Shown: positions 30,618 through 40,599 of the stretch, one piece after another
How the letters are laid out: each line of letters opens with the position of its first letter
Position numbering within the stretch: position 1 is the first letter of the stretch
Assembly (NCBI GenBank): GCA_965224705.1
Contig: OZ245056.1
Location: forward strand, 256,001-320,000
Source: Spirochaetaceae bacterium
GTDB taxonomy: Bacteria > Spirochaetota > Spirochaetia > DSM-2461
DNA length: 64,000 nucleotides
Direction of reading: 5' to 3'
Translations under genes and position numbers: made by a program
The notes under the pieces: model-generated
The model's input: the letters and a program-made list of their open reading frames with translations, nothing else
What the model was told of the DNA's origin: nothing
The model's database searches: none

Positions 30618-32381
30618 TTATGTATTCTGATTCATTATACATGCTTCATCAGCATCTGCGACCATCTTACGGAGCCACCTGAGCAGTTTTTGCTCCTTCA
30701 ATCTATTCTCTCCCCGGATCTCGGCCATAACCCTGAAAACAGGTTCCGTACCGCTTCCTCTCATCCATAAAAATCCGGCATCATTCCCATTTTCATCCTT
30801 GAAAACCACCTTCAAACCACCTCGTTCCTCACCGCTCCTCTCTGTGGGACCTGTCCCAATTCGACTCCTTGTTCCCTCGTTATTGATCTCTACCCAGTCG
30901 GTGAAACCGAATTCCTCTTCAAGTTTATTCTTTTTTAATGACCACTCCCGCTTAAAGATTACCTCCCAGGCCGCTTTCAGTTCACCATGATTGTGCGTTT
31001 TAATCCTCATCTTTGCTCTCTCAGCTGAGGCAGGAGTTGTGGTAAAGGAAGGCAGGGTCGCAATGATATCGGCTGGAGTCAATCCTGACCTCCCAACTTC
31101 GGACCGACCAATCCGTCTGCACCAGTCTTCAAAGGGGCCGGGTAAACGTAGAAGTTTCAAAAAGGCCGTTATCATGTTCAGGGGATCCCGTACTTTTGAC
31201 GGATGAGTTATACTTCCGCCATTGGATCCTTCGCCCAGAAACCGTACCGTGTACCCTTCCTCCCTGAGTTCGATTCCCCGGTTCACCACATTGGCTTCAC
31301 CCACTTCCGTTTCAAAAACTTCCACTCCATAAACAGATGCGATACATCGCACCCGATGACTGGTGGGTCCATTGACAACAAGGGCATGCGGTGCTGCCGT
31401 CTCCCCGGTTTGCCAGAATAATGAAGCCAGTTCGGCCAATGCTGTCAGTGCAAACACCTCCTGAGCTTCAAGGCAGCGGGCCCTGCCCTGTTCTTCATCC
31501 CAGATAACCAGATTTCCCCGATCCCCGTCATTATCAGTGACATAGCCTGCAAGGGCACTTGCATTTCCAGCATGGGCCTTTTCCAGGGCAATTCGGCATG
31601 GTTCAAGGGATTTCCCTTCCGGTAGTATTGCATGAACAATGTGTCCGGCTGTTGTGTTCATGCCCTGGAATTCTGCACCAAGAGACTCCAGAAACTCCCT
31701 GTCCACTGAGGTGCAGCGGGCACTGCCATTCAAGTCTGCGAGTATAGTAATTGGGTTTTCTTTCAGCCCTGCCCTCAGGGTGGTCAGAATGTTACTGGAA
31801 GAGTTATCCCTGCCCCCTGCGGTTTCTTCCAGAAATTTTTTATAGATCTTACAGCATAGCTGTTTCTCTTTCGGATTGGCTTTCCGGGGGATTGCATCCG
31901 CCGGGAGAGGTAAATGACCTGCCATCACCTCTCTGTAATTTGAAATGAGTTCCTGGGCATCGTTTCCGCCAAGAACACCTCCGCCTGTACCGAATTTAAC
32001 TCCGTTATGGCCTAATGGGTTATGACTGGCTGAAATATAGGCAAATCCATCGATATCTTTGTCTCTGGCAGATCGAGCCATTATCTCAGGGGCCGGTGCG
32101 ATACCGGCATACCGTATCTGACATCCAAGGCTTTCCAAACCATTCATTATAATCTCAGCCAGTATCGGGCCTGTGGGCCGGGTGTCGGTGGCAACCAGAA
32201 CGGCAGGTGTTTCATTGCAATGATCAATGAGCCACTGACCCCATACGATTCCCATGCCCATGGCAATTATTCTGTTCTCGGGGAGGGGGTGAGTTCCAGC
32301 ACCATGTTCGCCATCCGGGGCAAAGATTTTTCGCCAGCCGGATGCTGAGAGGATTAAGTTATCGAGAACATTGTTGAGCAT
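30618..32381 (-). CDS. Phosphoglucomutase/phosphomannomutase family protein
   Basis: SASHNP phosphoserine loop, DNDGDR metal loop, GEGSNG, RGSGTEP. Confidence 0.88.
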   Translation of the reverse strand: MLNNVLDNLILSASGWRKIFAPDGEHGAGTHPLPENRIIAMGMGIVWGQWLIDHCNETPAVLVATDTRPTGPILAEIIMNGLESLGCQIRYAGIAPAPEIMARSARDKDIDGFAYISASHNPLGHNGVKFGTGGGVLGGNDAQELISNYREVMAGHLPLPADAIPRKANPKEKQLCCKIYKKFLEETAGGRDNSSSNILTTLRAGLKENPITILADLNGSARCTSVDREFLESLGAEFQGMNTTAGHIVHAILPEGKSLEPCRIALEKAHAGNASALAGYVTDNDGDRGNLVIWDEEQGRARCLEAQEVFALTALAELASLFWQTGETAAPHALVVNGPTSHRVRCIASVYGVEVFETEVGEANVVNRGIELREEGYTVRFLGEGSNGGSITHPSKVRDPLNMITAFLKLLRLPGPFEDWCRRIGRSEVGRSGLTPADIIATLPSFTTTPASAERAKMRIKTHNHGELKAAWEVIFKREWSLKKNKLEEEFGFTDWVEINNEGTRSRIGTGPTERSGEERGGLKVVFKDENGNDAGFLWMRGSGTEPVFRVMAEIRGENRLKEQKLLRWLRKMVADADEACIMNQNT

Positions 32382-32414
32382 GGGGGGTATATTATCGAGT
32401 GAAACGAAAAAGAT

Positions 32415-33644
32415 TCAATCCGAAACCTCCTCCTTCGGTAAAGTACAGGCAAAAAGAGAATTACCGACCGCCATTAAAGCAGCCAGCGAGAAAAGAAGTT
32501 CAACTCCAATCTTCTCCCAGATGAAGCCGCCAGCTAGAGCGATCAATACACTCATGAGATGATTCACCGACAATCCGGTGGAAAGAGTTGAGGTTATCTC
32601 CTCCCTGTCATGGCTGAGACGCCCGGCATATACACTGGAAGCAATACAGGCATTTGAAATTATTCGATCCAGCACGAATATCGCACTGGTAACAATGAAT
32701 GCTGTCTGCTGGTTGAACAGGTGATGGGAGAATCCATAGGCGACACAGACGAAGAAGAGGATGGCAGTATCACCAATCATCACTCTTCGATAACCGAGAT
32801 GATCAATGAAGTAGCCGATAATGGGAGTCGATACAATGTTGAGCAGAGCACAAACTCCCAACAGACCTGCGATATACTCGGTACCGGCACCATATTTCAG
32901 GATGAGAAGGTAGGGCGCAAAAGTCAGAAAAACCTGCTTTCTTGCACCATAAAACAATTCCAGGGCATAATACTTGTTAAACTTCCGGTGAAAGTAGACT
33001 CTTCTCCGTTCCAGAGTTCCAGTAGATCGGGGCATCTTCAACGCAGCGGAGGCGGCCAGTCCCATCAATACGATGACTGAAATAAACACCACCACATATC
33101 CAGCCCGTCCACCGGTATCTCTATCCATCTGAATTCCCGGCTGAAGAAACAGCAGGGAAACCAGAATCATACCGACAGTGTAACCAATGCTTTTCAGTGC
33201 ACGGATAAAACCCAGAGCCCGACCTTCCCGGCCCGATTCAGCCGCATGTATCGCATATGATTGCCGCACTGGCATGATAAGATGATCGCCAATATTGAAT
33301 ACCATCAGGAAACCAATGACTTTGAAGACACTGGTGAAGGCGAGGAGTATACCCACTATCCCAACAATACAGATTATCATGGAAAGCCAGATGATATTTC
33401 TCTCATTCACCCGATGCAAAAGGGACAGGATAAAAACCAGGCATAATCCGGGGATTTCTCGAAAAAACTCCACAATACCCCTGCCGCTCTTTCCAATACC
33501 CAGCCAGGCCAGGTAATTATCCTGAACTCCAAGAAACAGACCCTCTGCGAGACTGAAAAGTATCATGGCCAGAAGAAACAGGGCATAATGCTCCACCCTT
33601 GAGGATGTGAAGTAATCTCGAATTTCAGCCCGGTAATCTGTCAA
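32415..33644 (-). CDS. MFS transporter
   Basis: About 12 hydrophobic helices, GYFIDHLGYRR motif-A-like loop; TTG start overlaps the upstream TGA. Confidence 0.85.
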   Translation of the reverse strand: MTDYRAEIRDYFTSSRVEHYALFLLAMILFSLAEGLFLGVQDNYLAWLGIGKSGRGIVEFFREIPGLCLVFILSLLHRVNERNIIWLSMIICIVGIVGILLAFTSVFKVIGFLMVFNIGDHLIMPVRQSYAIHAAESGREGRALGFIRALKSIGYTVGMILVSLLFLQPGIQMDRDTGGRAGYVVVFISVIVLMGLAASAALKMPRSTGTLERRRVYFHRKFNKYYALELFYGARKQVFLTFAPYLLILKYGAGTEYIAGLLGVCALLNIVSTPIIGYFIDHLGYRRVMIGDTAILFFVCVAYGFSHHLFNQQTAFIVTSAIFVLDRIISNACIASSVYAGRLSHDREEITSTLSTGLSVNHLMSVLIALAGGFIWEKIGVELLFSLAALMAVGNSLFACTLPKEEVSD

Positions 33645-33931
33645 ACTGCTGTCATCCGAAGGATCGGAGTGAGGACAACTGCATCGTCCCTGCCCGATGC
33701 CCGCATATCAGTCCGTCTTTCTGGCTTACAGGGATTCCCATTCAAATCGTTGTTACGATTGTGCTCGCCGATAATCATGCCCTCGTACACAGGAGCACCG
33801 GGAACAGCAGAAAGTGGACCTTCCTGATGCCTTAAAATCTTCGCCGTAACCACACCGACATTGTGCAGCTTTTCATTGACGGCATTTGCGTTATTATTGT
33901 TTTTCATTGTTTCCTGATAACTATACACCAT
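33641..33931 (-). pseudogene. Small ORF carrying a fragment of the TypA/BipA C-terminal domain
   Basis: PGAPVYEGMIIGEHNRNNDLNGNPCK...TDMRASGRDDAVVLTP matches the TypA C-terminal consensus; no GTPase domain. Confidence 0.75.
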
Positions 33932-34066
33932 GGGAACAGGACTGGAACAGGGGATGAATTACGAATAAATCCGTATTCTCCACTGCTGTGGTACCGTAAA
34001 ATACAGGAAATGACTCAACAGGATTATTGTGTTTACAAAATTGGAAATAAATACTATCTTTATAGC

Positions 34067-34603
34067 ATGAAGACAATCTCAATAAAAAAATATATTGTAT
34101 CAGTAGTACTGGCTCTCTTTTCTACAGTGACTGTATTTGCTGAATATCCGCCTGAGGGCTGGACAGACAGCTTTACCGAAGGTATTGAACAGGCCCGGCG
34201 AGAAAACAAGATGCTTCTCCTCAATTTCACAGGATCGGATTGGTGTACCTGGTGTATAAAACTGGAATCCACCATCTTTTCTACCTCTGAGTTTAAAGAT
34301 TGGTCTGAGAAGAATATGGTGAAGGTTTTCCTTGACTTTCCTTCCAGGATCAATCTCTCCGAAGAAACAATGAATCAAAATCAGCAGTTGCAGCGTTTTT
34401 TTGGTGTACGAGGTTATCCAACCCTGATGCTTCTGGATTCCAATCTTATTCCCCTGCTGAAGACAGGATATCAGAATATGAACACCGCTGAATTCATTGA
34501 GCACCTACAGAATGATAGGAATATTGATCTCAGGGCCCCCGATGAGTACCTTATTGCAATAAAGAAGTTGATTGAAGAGAGTATTTCTCCAACCAGACTC
34601 TGA
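34067..34603 (+). CDS. Exported thioredoxin-fold protein (SoxW/DsbH-like)
   Basis: Signal peptide, FTGSDWCTWC, GVRGYPT cis-Pro loop. Confidence 0.85.
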   Translation: MKTISIKKYIVSVVLALFSTVTVFAEYPPEGWTDSFTEGIEQARRENKMLLLNFTGSDWCTWCIKLESTIFSTSEFKDWSEKNMVKVFLDFPSRINLSEETMNQNQQLQRFFGVRGYPTLMLLDSNLIPLLKTGYQNMNTAEFIEHLQNDRNIDLRAPDEYLIAIKKLIEESISPTRL

Positions 34604-34615
34604 ATCCGGGCAGAA

Positions 34616-36121
34616 TTAGAAAAAGCGAATCATGCTGAAATAGAAGCCTGGTATGCCGTGCTCATTAAAAGGCATATCAAGAAGGATGGTCAATTTACTG
34701 CCGACTGGGGGGAATGATATTCGCAAACCAGGACCGACACGCAATTGAGGCATGGCATGAAAACTTTCTGTAAAGCTTCCATGCCATGAAACATCACAAA
34801 AGGCCGCCACTTCCAGAAACATCCATTTTTGACGGATTGGTACGATACCGAATTCCAGGTTGACACCAAACACCAGAGGAGAAAAATACTCATGGCTGTC
34901 GCCTCCACGGAGGTAATACTTCTGGTCAATCTGATACATTGGATAAATAGATGAGGAATACTCCAGTTTTATCCTTGCGGACAGGGTCAGCCAATCTTTG
35001 GCAAAGACTTGATGGTATTGGGCCTGGGTAAGGAATTCCCAGTAAATTTGATCCTGAAATGGTGTCCACATGGTGAGGGATGCCGTTCCCTTGTAGCCTT
35101 GCCGGTGCTGATCCTTACTGTTTATTCTATCCAGGGTCACTTCCATACCAAAACCTGGATGATTCTCAGTCATTTGATAACCATTGAATCCCAGACTGTC
35201 AATTTCATCCCTGGAGAATACATCATGGTGGTATTTCAGCAGCAGGGATGCTTCCAGTTTATTATCCCACTCATATGTTAATTTGGTATCTATAGAAGCT
35301 CCACTTCGATGAAAAGCATCAGTGCGAACACCCCTGTGCGTGATGTAGGAAAGTTCATTGTGTGTTCCAGCTATGATTCCAAGGCGCAGGGGAATTTTTC
35401 CCATGAGCCGATGTATATAGATGACATTGAAATTGAATCTGGGTGGTTCATCTTTCACAAAGGTTCCTAAAACGTTAGTCATGAGAAATGATCCCTGTCC
35501 CAGGAAATTGCTGTCCAGAGCACCAAACATTGTATTCATCCGACCGCTGAGACTGTCTCCTTCAAAAAATACTATTGGAAGAAATGTCCATTTCTCCCGA
35601 ATTCGTATTTCAATTACAGTGTCATCATCTTCATCATAAAGACCCCAGTCGATCTCGAAAAAAAGATTCCGATTGAGCACTCGCTGGATAGATTCTTCAA
35701 TTGTTTCTGTATCAACCCGTTGTCCCTCATCAAAGAGTAATTCACGGAGAATAACTTTTCGATGGGTTTTCCAGTTCCCGTTTACTATGATTCGGTCAAT
35801 GGTTACAAACTCTCCCGGTTCAGGGCGATATCCAGGATTGACAGTCAAATTCAGATTCAGAATCTTCCTGCCCCTTACTCCTGGTATCAATTGATAGTTC
35901 AGAGATGAGTATCGACCGGCACTCTTGAGGTTGTTCAATGCCTTTTCTAATTCCAGCATTGAAATCTCCATGCCTTTTTTCAGTCCAAGTTTTTTCTTCA
36001 CCCATTCAGGAGATGATACTCCATCAGATTCAATCTGAATTCTGTCAAGGACGAAGGGAAGAGTATTTGCCTGAAGTGCAGCGGTTGTTAGAAACAGAAG
36101 CAAAGCAGTACGTTTACGCAT
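34616..36121 (-). CDS. Omp85/BamA-TamA superfamily outer-membrane protein with POTRA domains
   Basis: Signal peptide, POTRA-like IIVNGNWKTHRKVILRELLF, DSNFLGQG, YLRGG loop, terminal Phe. Confidence 0.75.
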   Translation of the reverse strand: MRKRTALLLFLTTAALQANTLPFVLDRIQIESDGVSSPEWVKKKLGLKKGMEISMLELEKALNNLKSAGRYSSLNYQLIPGVRGRKILNLNLTVNPGYRPEPGEFVTIDRIIVNGNWKTHRKVILRELLFDEGQRVDTETIEESIQRVLNRNLFFEIDWGLYDEDDDTVIEIRIREKWTFLPIVFFEGDSLSGRMNTMFGALDSNFLGQGSFLMTNVLGTFVKDEPPRFNFNVIYIHRLMGKIPLRLGIIAGTHNELSYITHRGVRTDAFHRSGASIDTKLTYEWDNKLEASLLLKYHHDVFSRDEIDSLGFNGYQMTENHPGFGMEVTLDRINSKDQHRQGYKGTASLTMWTPFQDQIYWEFLTQAQYHQVFAKDWLTLSARIKLEYSSSIYPMYQIDQKYYLRGGDSHEYFSPLVFGVNLEFGIVPIRQKWMFLEVAAFCDVSWHGSFTESFHAMPQLRVGPGLRISFPPVGSKLTILLDMPFNEHGIPGFYFSMIRFF

Positions 36122-36187
36122 ATCGGGAACACACATTCTAACTATAAGCATCATGCAGGACAAGGCATGTTATTGTGCCAGTGCGGA

Positions 36188-36949
36188 TTACAGAATTCCC
36201 GGGATTATCGCCTTGCGGTTTGTTGGATAATCAGCAAATTTTTTCTTATACCATTGATGACCCGCAATGCCGCGTGGGAAAACATTGGCAAAAGTAAAAA
36301 CTGCGAAGGCAAGACCAGCCAGTGACCATGTCATGATGGCCCATCCAGCCCATTGAATAATCTCTCCAAGGTAGTTGGGACAGGAAACCAGGCGGAAAAA
36401 GCCGCCCTGAGGAATTATGTACTTATTCGACCCTGGATTCTGGGATAGAATCCGTCTGTCAGAGTCAAAATGGATTAAGAATCCTGTGAAGAATAATATG
36501 GTTCCCATAACGAATTGGGGCTTAGAAAACCAGGAAGTATCGATAGGCCGAATGGCAAACAGGTGGATACCATTGATGAAACCATTGTTGAAGTTGAATA
36601 TCGCAGCCATTGCAGCCATGGAAATCGGGAAATTGGAACTCCTGTGTTTCATGCCTATTGGGAAGATAAAAGTGCGATATATGTAATGAAATTCCCAGAT
36701 CACAAGAAAAATCCATGACCAGCCCATGCCCGCCCGATAAAACCAGGCTAAAATGGCAATTGTGAAAACAGCAGGAATCTCCATAAGCATCCAGGCCGAT
36801 TGTGATCGTATATTTGGTCCCCACCTGGTACTGGAGAACTTTCCATAAGGAGCGTTTATGAAGTTGAGGCAGATGAAGGTTATCCCTGCGGCGATGAACT
36901 GAGTTGTAAGAGCAATTTGGTAAAAATTATGCAGAATAATTCCTATCAA
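36188..36949 (-). CDS. Steroid 5-alpha-reductase family protein
   Basis: APYGK, WMLMEIP, HYIYRTFIFP, GGFFRLVSCPNYLGEIIQW, HQWY, RKAIIP. Confidence 0.9.
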   Translation of the reverse strand: MIGIILHNFYQIALTTQFIAAGITFICLNFINAPYGKFSSTRWGPNIRSQSAWMLMEIPAVFTIAILAWFYRAGMGWSWIFLVIWEFHYIYRTFIFPIGMKHRSSNFPISMAAMAAIFNFNNGFINGIHLFAIRPIDTSWFSKPQFVMGTILFFTGFLIHFDSDRRILSQNPGSNKYIIPQGGFFRLVSCPNYLGEIIQWAGWAIMTWSLAGLAFAVFTFANVFPRGIAGHQWYKKKFADYPTNRKAIIPGIL

Positions 36950-37632
36950 TTAGTTTTTTTCTTTGAGGACGGCATCTCTTCTTCCGGGGCTGGGTGTGTT
37001 CGAAAAACATGATCCCACAGAGTGTTGGATACCCCGAACCGTTTGTGAGGAAACCTGTGATGACGCATATGGTTTTTTCGGAGGTTACGGTACCATTTCC
37101 AGTCGGTATCAAAAAAATGAACACACCAGTGCAGTGTATCGTATATCAGGTATCCAGAAGTAATTCCTGCATAATAGGCAAAACCAGCCCATCCTGCATC
37201 AGCGATAAGTCCAAAAACTATCCAGATGGGCAATATCAATATCAGTCCAATACTGAGGCTTGCAATGACAGGAACCACCAGGCGGGTATTGAGCATTGCC
37301 TGAGCATGATGGATTCCATGGGAATACCATGCAATTTTATGCCGCAGATCACTTTCTCCCTCATAGTGAAATATAAATCGATGAAGAAAATACTCAATCA
37401 AAGTCCAGCTGAAGATACCGGACAGATACCACAGGGGGGCAAACAGCAGCAATTTCAAAATTGGAATACCAGCCTTTCCTCCCTGATAGAAACAGGCAAA
37501 AGTGGTTATAACCGTAATCGGCCCCCATACCGCCCATACATGCCATAGTTTGATATGAGTAAATCGCTCAAGGAAATCCGATTGAAAATAACGAAGTGGT
37601 TTGGGTTGTTTTATGTTTAATCGACGTATCAT
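36946..37632 (-). CDS. Fatty-acid hydroxylase/sterol desaturase family protein (FA2H/Scs7-like)
   Basis: His boxes EYFLHRFIFH, HGIHH, YDTLHWCVH and HMRHH; FGVSNTLWDHVF; AGGAGA RBS. Confidence 0.88.
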   Translation of the reverse strand: MIRRLNIKQPKPLRYFQSDFLERFTHIKLWHVWAVWGPITVITTFACFYQGGKAGIPILKLLLFAPLWYLSGIFSWTLIEYFLHRFIFHYEGESDLRHKIAWYSHGIHHAQAMLNTRLVVPVIASLSIGLILILPIWIVFGLIADAGWAGFAYYAGITSGYLIYDTLHWCVHFFDTDWKWYRNLRKNHMRHHRFPHKRFGVSNTLWDHVFRTHPAPEEEMPSSKKKTN

Positions 37633-37777
37633 AGTATCTCCTGATCTCAAGTCTTCTATCAGTGAACTGAAAATGACTCATTGTGTAAAGAATCAAACGG
37701 ATAAAAAATAGAATTCTTGATGATTAAGTCTATGGATCCTTCTGTCGATAAGATGAACAACTGACATTTGTCGTTAC

Positions 37778-37819
37778 AGCCCATGGGGATCCGACGTCCA
37801 GACCCATGGGCTTTTTTTT
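37778..37819 (+). terminator. Intrinsic terminator-like hairpin with a T8 tail on the + strand
   Basis: AGCCCATGGG/CCCATGGGCT followed by a T run. Confidence 0.55.
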
Positions 37820-37890
37820 GCGCAGAATCCCGGCTGCCCCCCTGCCTGATCAAATCAATGTCTGGTGGGACAATCAATTCCAATATTGGG

Positions 37891-38523
37891 TTAAATGAGA
37901 CCGGGTTCCTGCTGGCTTTCTGACACTGCACCTTTAATAAACAGGCATGGCACCATTCCCTTCCGTGAAGTATCATTCGTGAGATCCGCAAGTGAGTGGT
38001 GACTCAAATATGATATTTTCCTCTTACTCGCTAATGCCATGGCCAGGGCGGCACTTCTTCTGGCCAGTTCATGCGCATCCCGTTCTTCATCCAGGCTGTC
38101 TGACATGCCATTTTCAAACACACCATCATCAAAGGCTGAATAGGCCGCAAGATTGGATGATGCTATGAAACTGCTGTAGGCAATGACTGAAACATGGGCA
38201 GAAACGGTGTCGACTGCTTCCGCCACTGTATCGGCATCCCGGGTAATGACAAAAAGCACTGTGACGCCCTGTCTGGCGATGTTTTCGATCTGACTTCTCT
38301 GCAGTTCGGGATTCCTGTTGGCGGTCTGTGTTACAATCTGGACTTTTTCATATTGATCCAATGCAGAAAGAAGTGCGTTCTCACTGGGGCTGCGCTGATC
38401 CGCAGAGTTGAAGAAAGAAATGCCCAGCATGACAGACTCCTTGTTCTTTTCCGATCCGCCCTTCGCAAAAATGAGCATTCCGGGGAGGGAAAGAAGGATA
38501 ATCAATAGCAGTATACGTTTCAT
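37891..38523 (-). CDS. Shortened sugar ABC substrate-binding protein (XylF/ChvE-like), possibly a pseudogene
   Basis: Spirochaete-type signal (FAKGG), QRSQIEN...GVTVL, VIAY...Y.AFD; only 210 aa and lacks the middle domain. Confidence 0.55.
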   Translation of the reverse strand: MKRILLLIILLSLPGMLIFAKGGSEKNKESVMLGISFFNSADQRSPSENALLSALDQYEKVQIVTQTANRNPELQRSQIENIARQGVTVLFVITRDADTVAEAVDTVSAHVSVIAYSSFIASSNLAAYSAFDDGVFENGMSDSLDEERDAHELARRSAALAMALASKRKISYLSHHSLADLTNDTSRKGMVPCLFIKGAVSESQQEPGLI

Positions 38524-38535
38524 AATGCCTCCAAT

Positions 38536-39795
38536 TCAGGATTTATCAGTCTCCCTGCCCAGAGCTTCCAGCCGTTCAGCAGGAGCTGGATGAGAATAGT
38601 GCCAGAAACTATAGGCTGGGTGAGGGGTTAGATTACTGAGATTTCCCCTTCCTAACTCCAGAAGAGCCCGTCTCATAGGATCAGTTCCTGTCTGTTTTAC
38701 AGCAAACCGATCGGCCTGATACTCATGTTTTCGAGACAGATTGTTTACCAATGGGGAGATAAATGATGTGACGGGTCCGGTAAAAAACGCTGCAAGAAAA
38801 ATGATTCCATGAAGCGATGGATTATTGAATCCAAATGTCTGGAACAATGGAATCCATTCCACAGCCCATCCTGCGATGGCAAAGAAAGCAAAATTAACCA
38901 GAACTCCAAGGAGCAGGCGCTGACGAATGTGTCCGTGTTTCCAGTGCCCGATTTCATGGGCCAGAATAGCTTCCAGTTCATCTGTCTTCAAAGATTCAAT
39001 CAGTGTGTCAAAGATAACAATCCTCCGGGTACGGCCAATCCCGGTGAAATATGCGTTGGAATGTCGACTCCTGCGGCTTCCATCCATTACAAAAATACCC
39101 CGTACCTTGAAGTTACATCGTTCTGCCAGTGCATTGAGTCGTTCTCCAAGCTCTCCCTCTGGAAGCGCACTGAATTTGTTGAAGAGGGGTGCGATGATCA
39201 GGGGGTAAAGAATCGTGAGTATGAACTGAAATGCGGTAACAAAACCCCACGCCGCCAGCCACCAGTACTGGCCGATAAGCAACCTTGCCGCATAGAGTCC
39301 TGCCAGGAGAGCCATGAGCAGCAGAACACTGACAATCAACCCCTTCAGCACATCTCCGAAAAAGGCTGTAATACTTGATGTGTTGAAACCAAATTCCTCC
39401 TCAATGATGAATTTGGAATAGAGGGAAGCCGGCAGCCCCACAAGGCCTGATATCAGATATGCTGCGGCAAGGAAGATCAACCCATGCCAGTACACGGGCA
39501 GAGTCCAGCGTGCAATAAGACTGTCAAGACTCCCCGCTGCGTGGAATGCAAGAACCAGAATCATGATAATTCGGCCCTGTATTGAAGTAAAAAGCCCAAA
39601 ATATGCCCGCCGCAGAGAATAGGATACACAGCGGTTATAGGTGTCTTCCTCGATAACTCCGCTGAATGCCGATGGTACAGTTTGCCTGTTCTTGATAATC
39701 GTATTGATGTTGAGGACATCAAGCAGCCAGTCAATTAGAAAGTCCAGAATGAAGAATCCCGTCCAACAGATCAATATGATGCCTGAGATGTTCAC
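38536..39795 (-). CDS. M48 (Ste24/HtpX-like) zinc metallopeptidase
   Basis: PLFNKF, SNAYFTG, HEIGH, EYQAD, YSHP. Confidence 0.93.
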   Translation of the reverse strand: MNISGIILICWTGFFILDFLIDWLLDVLNINTIIKNRQTVPSAFSGVIEEDTYNRCVSYSLRRAYFGLFTSIQGRIIMILVLAFHAAGSLDSLIARWTLPVYWHGLIFLAAAYLISGLVGLPASLYSKFIIEEEFGFNTSSITAFFGDVLKGLIVSVLLLMALLAGLYAARLLIGQYWWLAAWGFVTAFQFILTILYPLIIAPLFNKFSALPEGELGERLNALAERCNFKVRGIFVMDGSRRSRHSNAYFTGIGRTRRIVIFDTLIESLKTDELEAILAHEIGHWKHGHIRQRLLLGVLVNFAFFAIAGWAVEWIPLFQTFGFNNPSLHGIIFLAAFFTGPVTSFISPLVNNLSRKHEYQADRFAVKQTGTDPMRRALLELGRGNLSNLTPHPAYSFWHYSHPAPAERLEALGRETDKS

Positions 39796-39810
39796 AGGTA
39801 CTTGACTCCT

Positions 39811-40521
39811 TCAAAGGTACTGTTTTATCGCTACAGCTGGTTCTGGTCTGTTGCTGATAAGCTCTTCGGCATAAGGTGCGGATATCTTCACCCAGCGGGA
39901 ATATATTTCCCGGGCATCAGCATCATCCAGCTTCCATGGAAGGTTCTCATGATGGAGACGATGAGTGAGAATATAGAACACGATAGCCGCTGAAGCAGAA
40001 ATATTAAAGCTTTCAACAAATCCAACCATGGGGATGCGGAGATAGGTATCCGTCATAGCCCGAACATCATCGGAAATGCCATTTTTCTCAGATCCGAATA
40101 CCAGTGCCACCGGTCCATCGGTGAGATTGAGTGATTCCGGGCTTTCAGCATTTTCATCATATAAACTGGTTGATACTATACGGTAGTTTCGAGATTTCAA
40201 TGTTCTGAGTACTTCTTTCGTACAGGAGTGTTTTTGAGAATCCTCTTCCTTTTGATTATAGATTTTTACATCAAGCCATTGTGCCGTTCCCATATCGACT
40301 TGCTGTTCCGTTCTGAACTTGTTCCTGCCTCCTATGGCATGGACTTCCTGTATCCCCAGGGCATCACAATGCCGTATAACCGCACTCCCATTCCTGGGAT
40401 CATACAAATCTTCCAATACACATGCAATATAACGGGTTCGCTGTTCCAGTACTTTTTTCATCCTTGCAATTCGGCGAGGCGTAATAAATCCTTCCAGATA
40501 GTTCAACAGTTCCTTATCCAT
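39811..40521 (-). CDS. TrmH/SpoU family RNA methyltransferase
   Basis: LEDLYDPRNGSAVIR, VFGSEKNGIS, IPMVGFVESFNISA. Confidence 0.9.
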   Translation of the reverse strand: MDKELLNYLEGFITPRRIARMKKVLEQRTRYIACVLEDLYDPRNGSAVIRHCDALGIQEVHAIGGRNKFRTEQQVDMGTAQWLDVKIYNQKEEDSQKHSCTKEVLRTLKSRNYRIVSTSLYDENAESPESLNLTDGPVALVFGSEKNGISDDVRAMTDTYLRIPMVGFVESFNISASAAIVFYILTHRLHHENLPWKLDDADAREIYSRWVKISAPYAEELISNRPEPAVAIKQYL

Positions 40522-40599
40522 TATCAGAATTGTAAGAATAAACTTTGCCCTGCTTTCTGTCCAGGTATTATCTTCTCTACTGGAGACAACCGATAATAT

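Noticed and set aside
33863..34066. N-terminal extension of the thioredoxin ORF
   Set aside because: Overlaps the opposite-strand typA fragment; the signal peptide begins at ATG 34067
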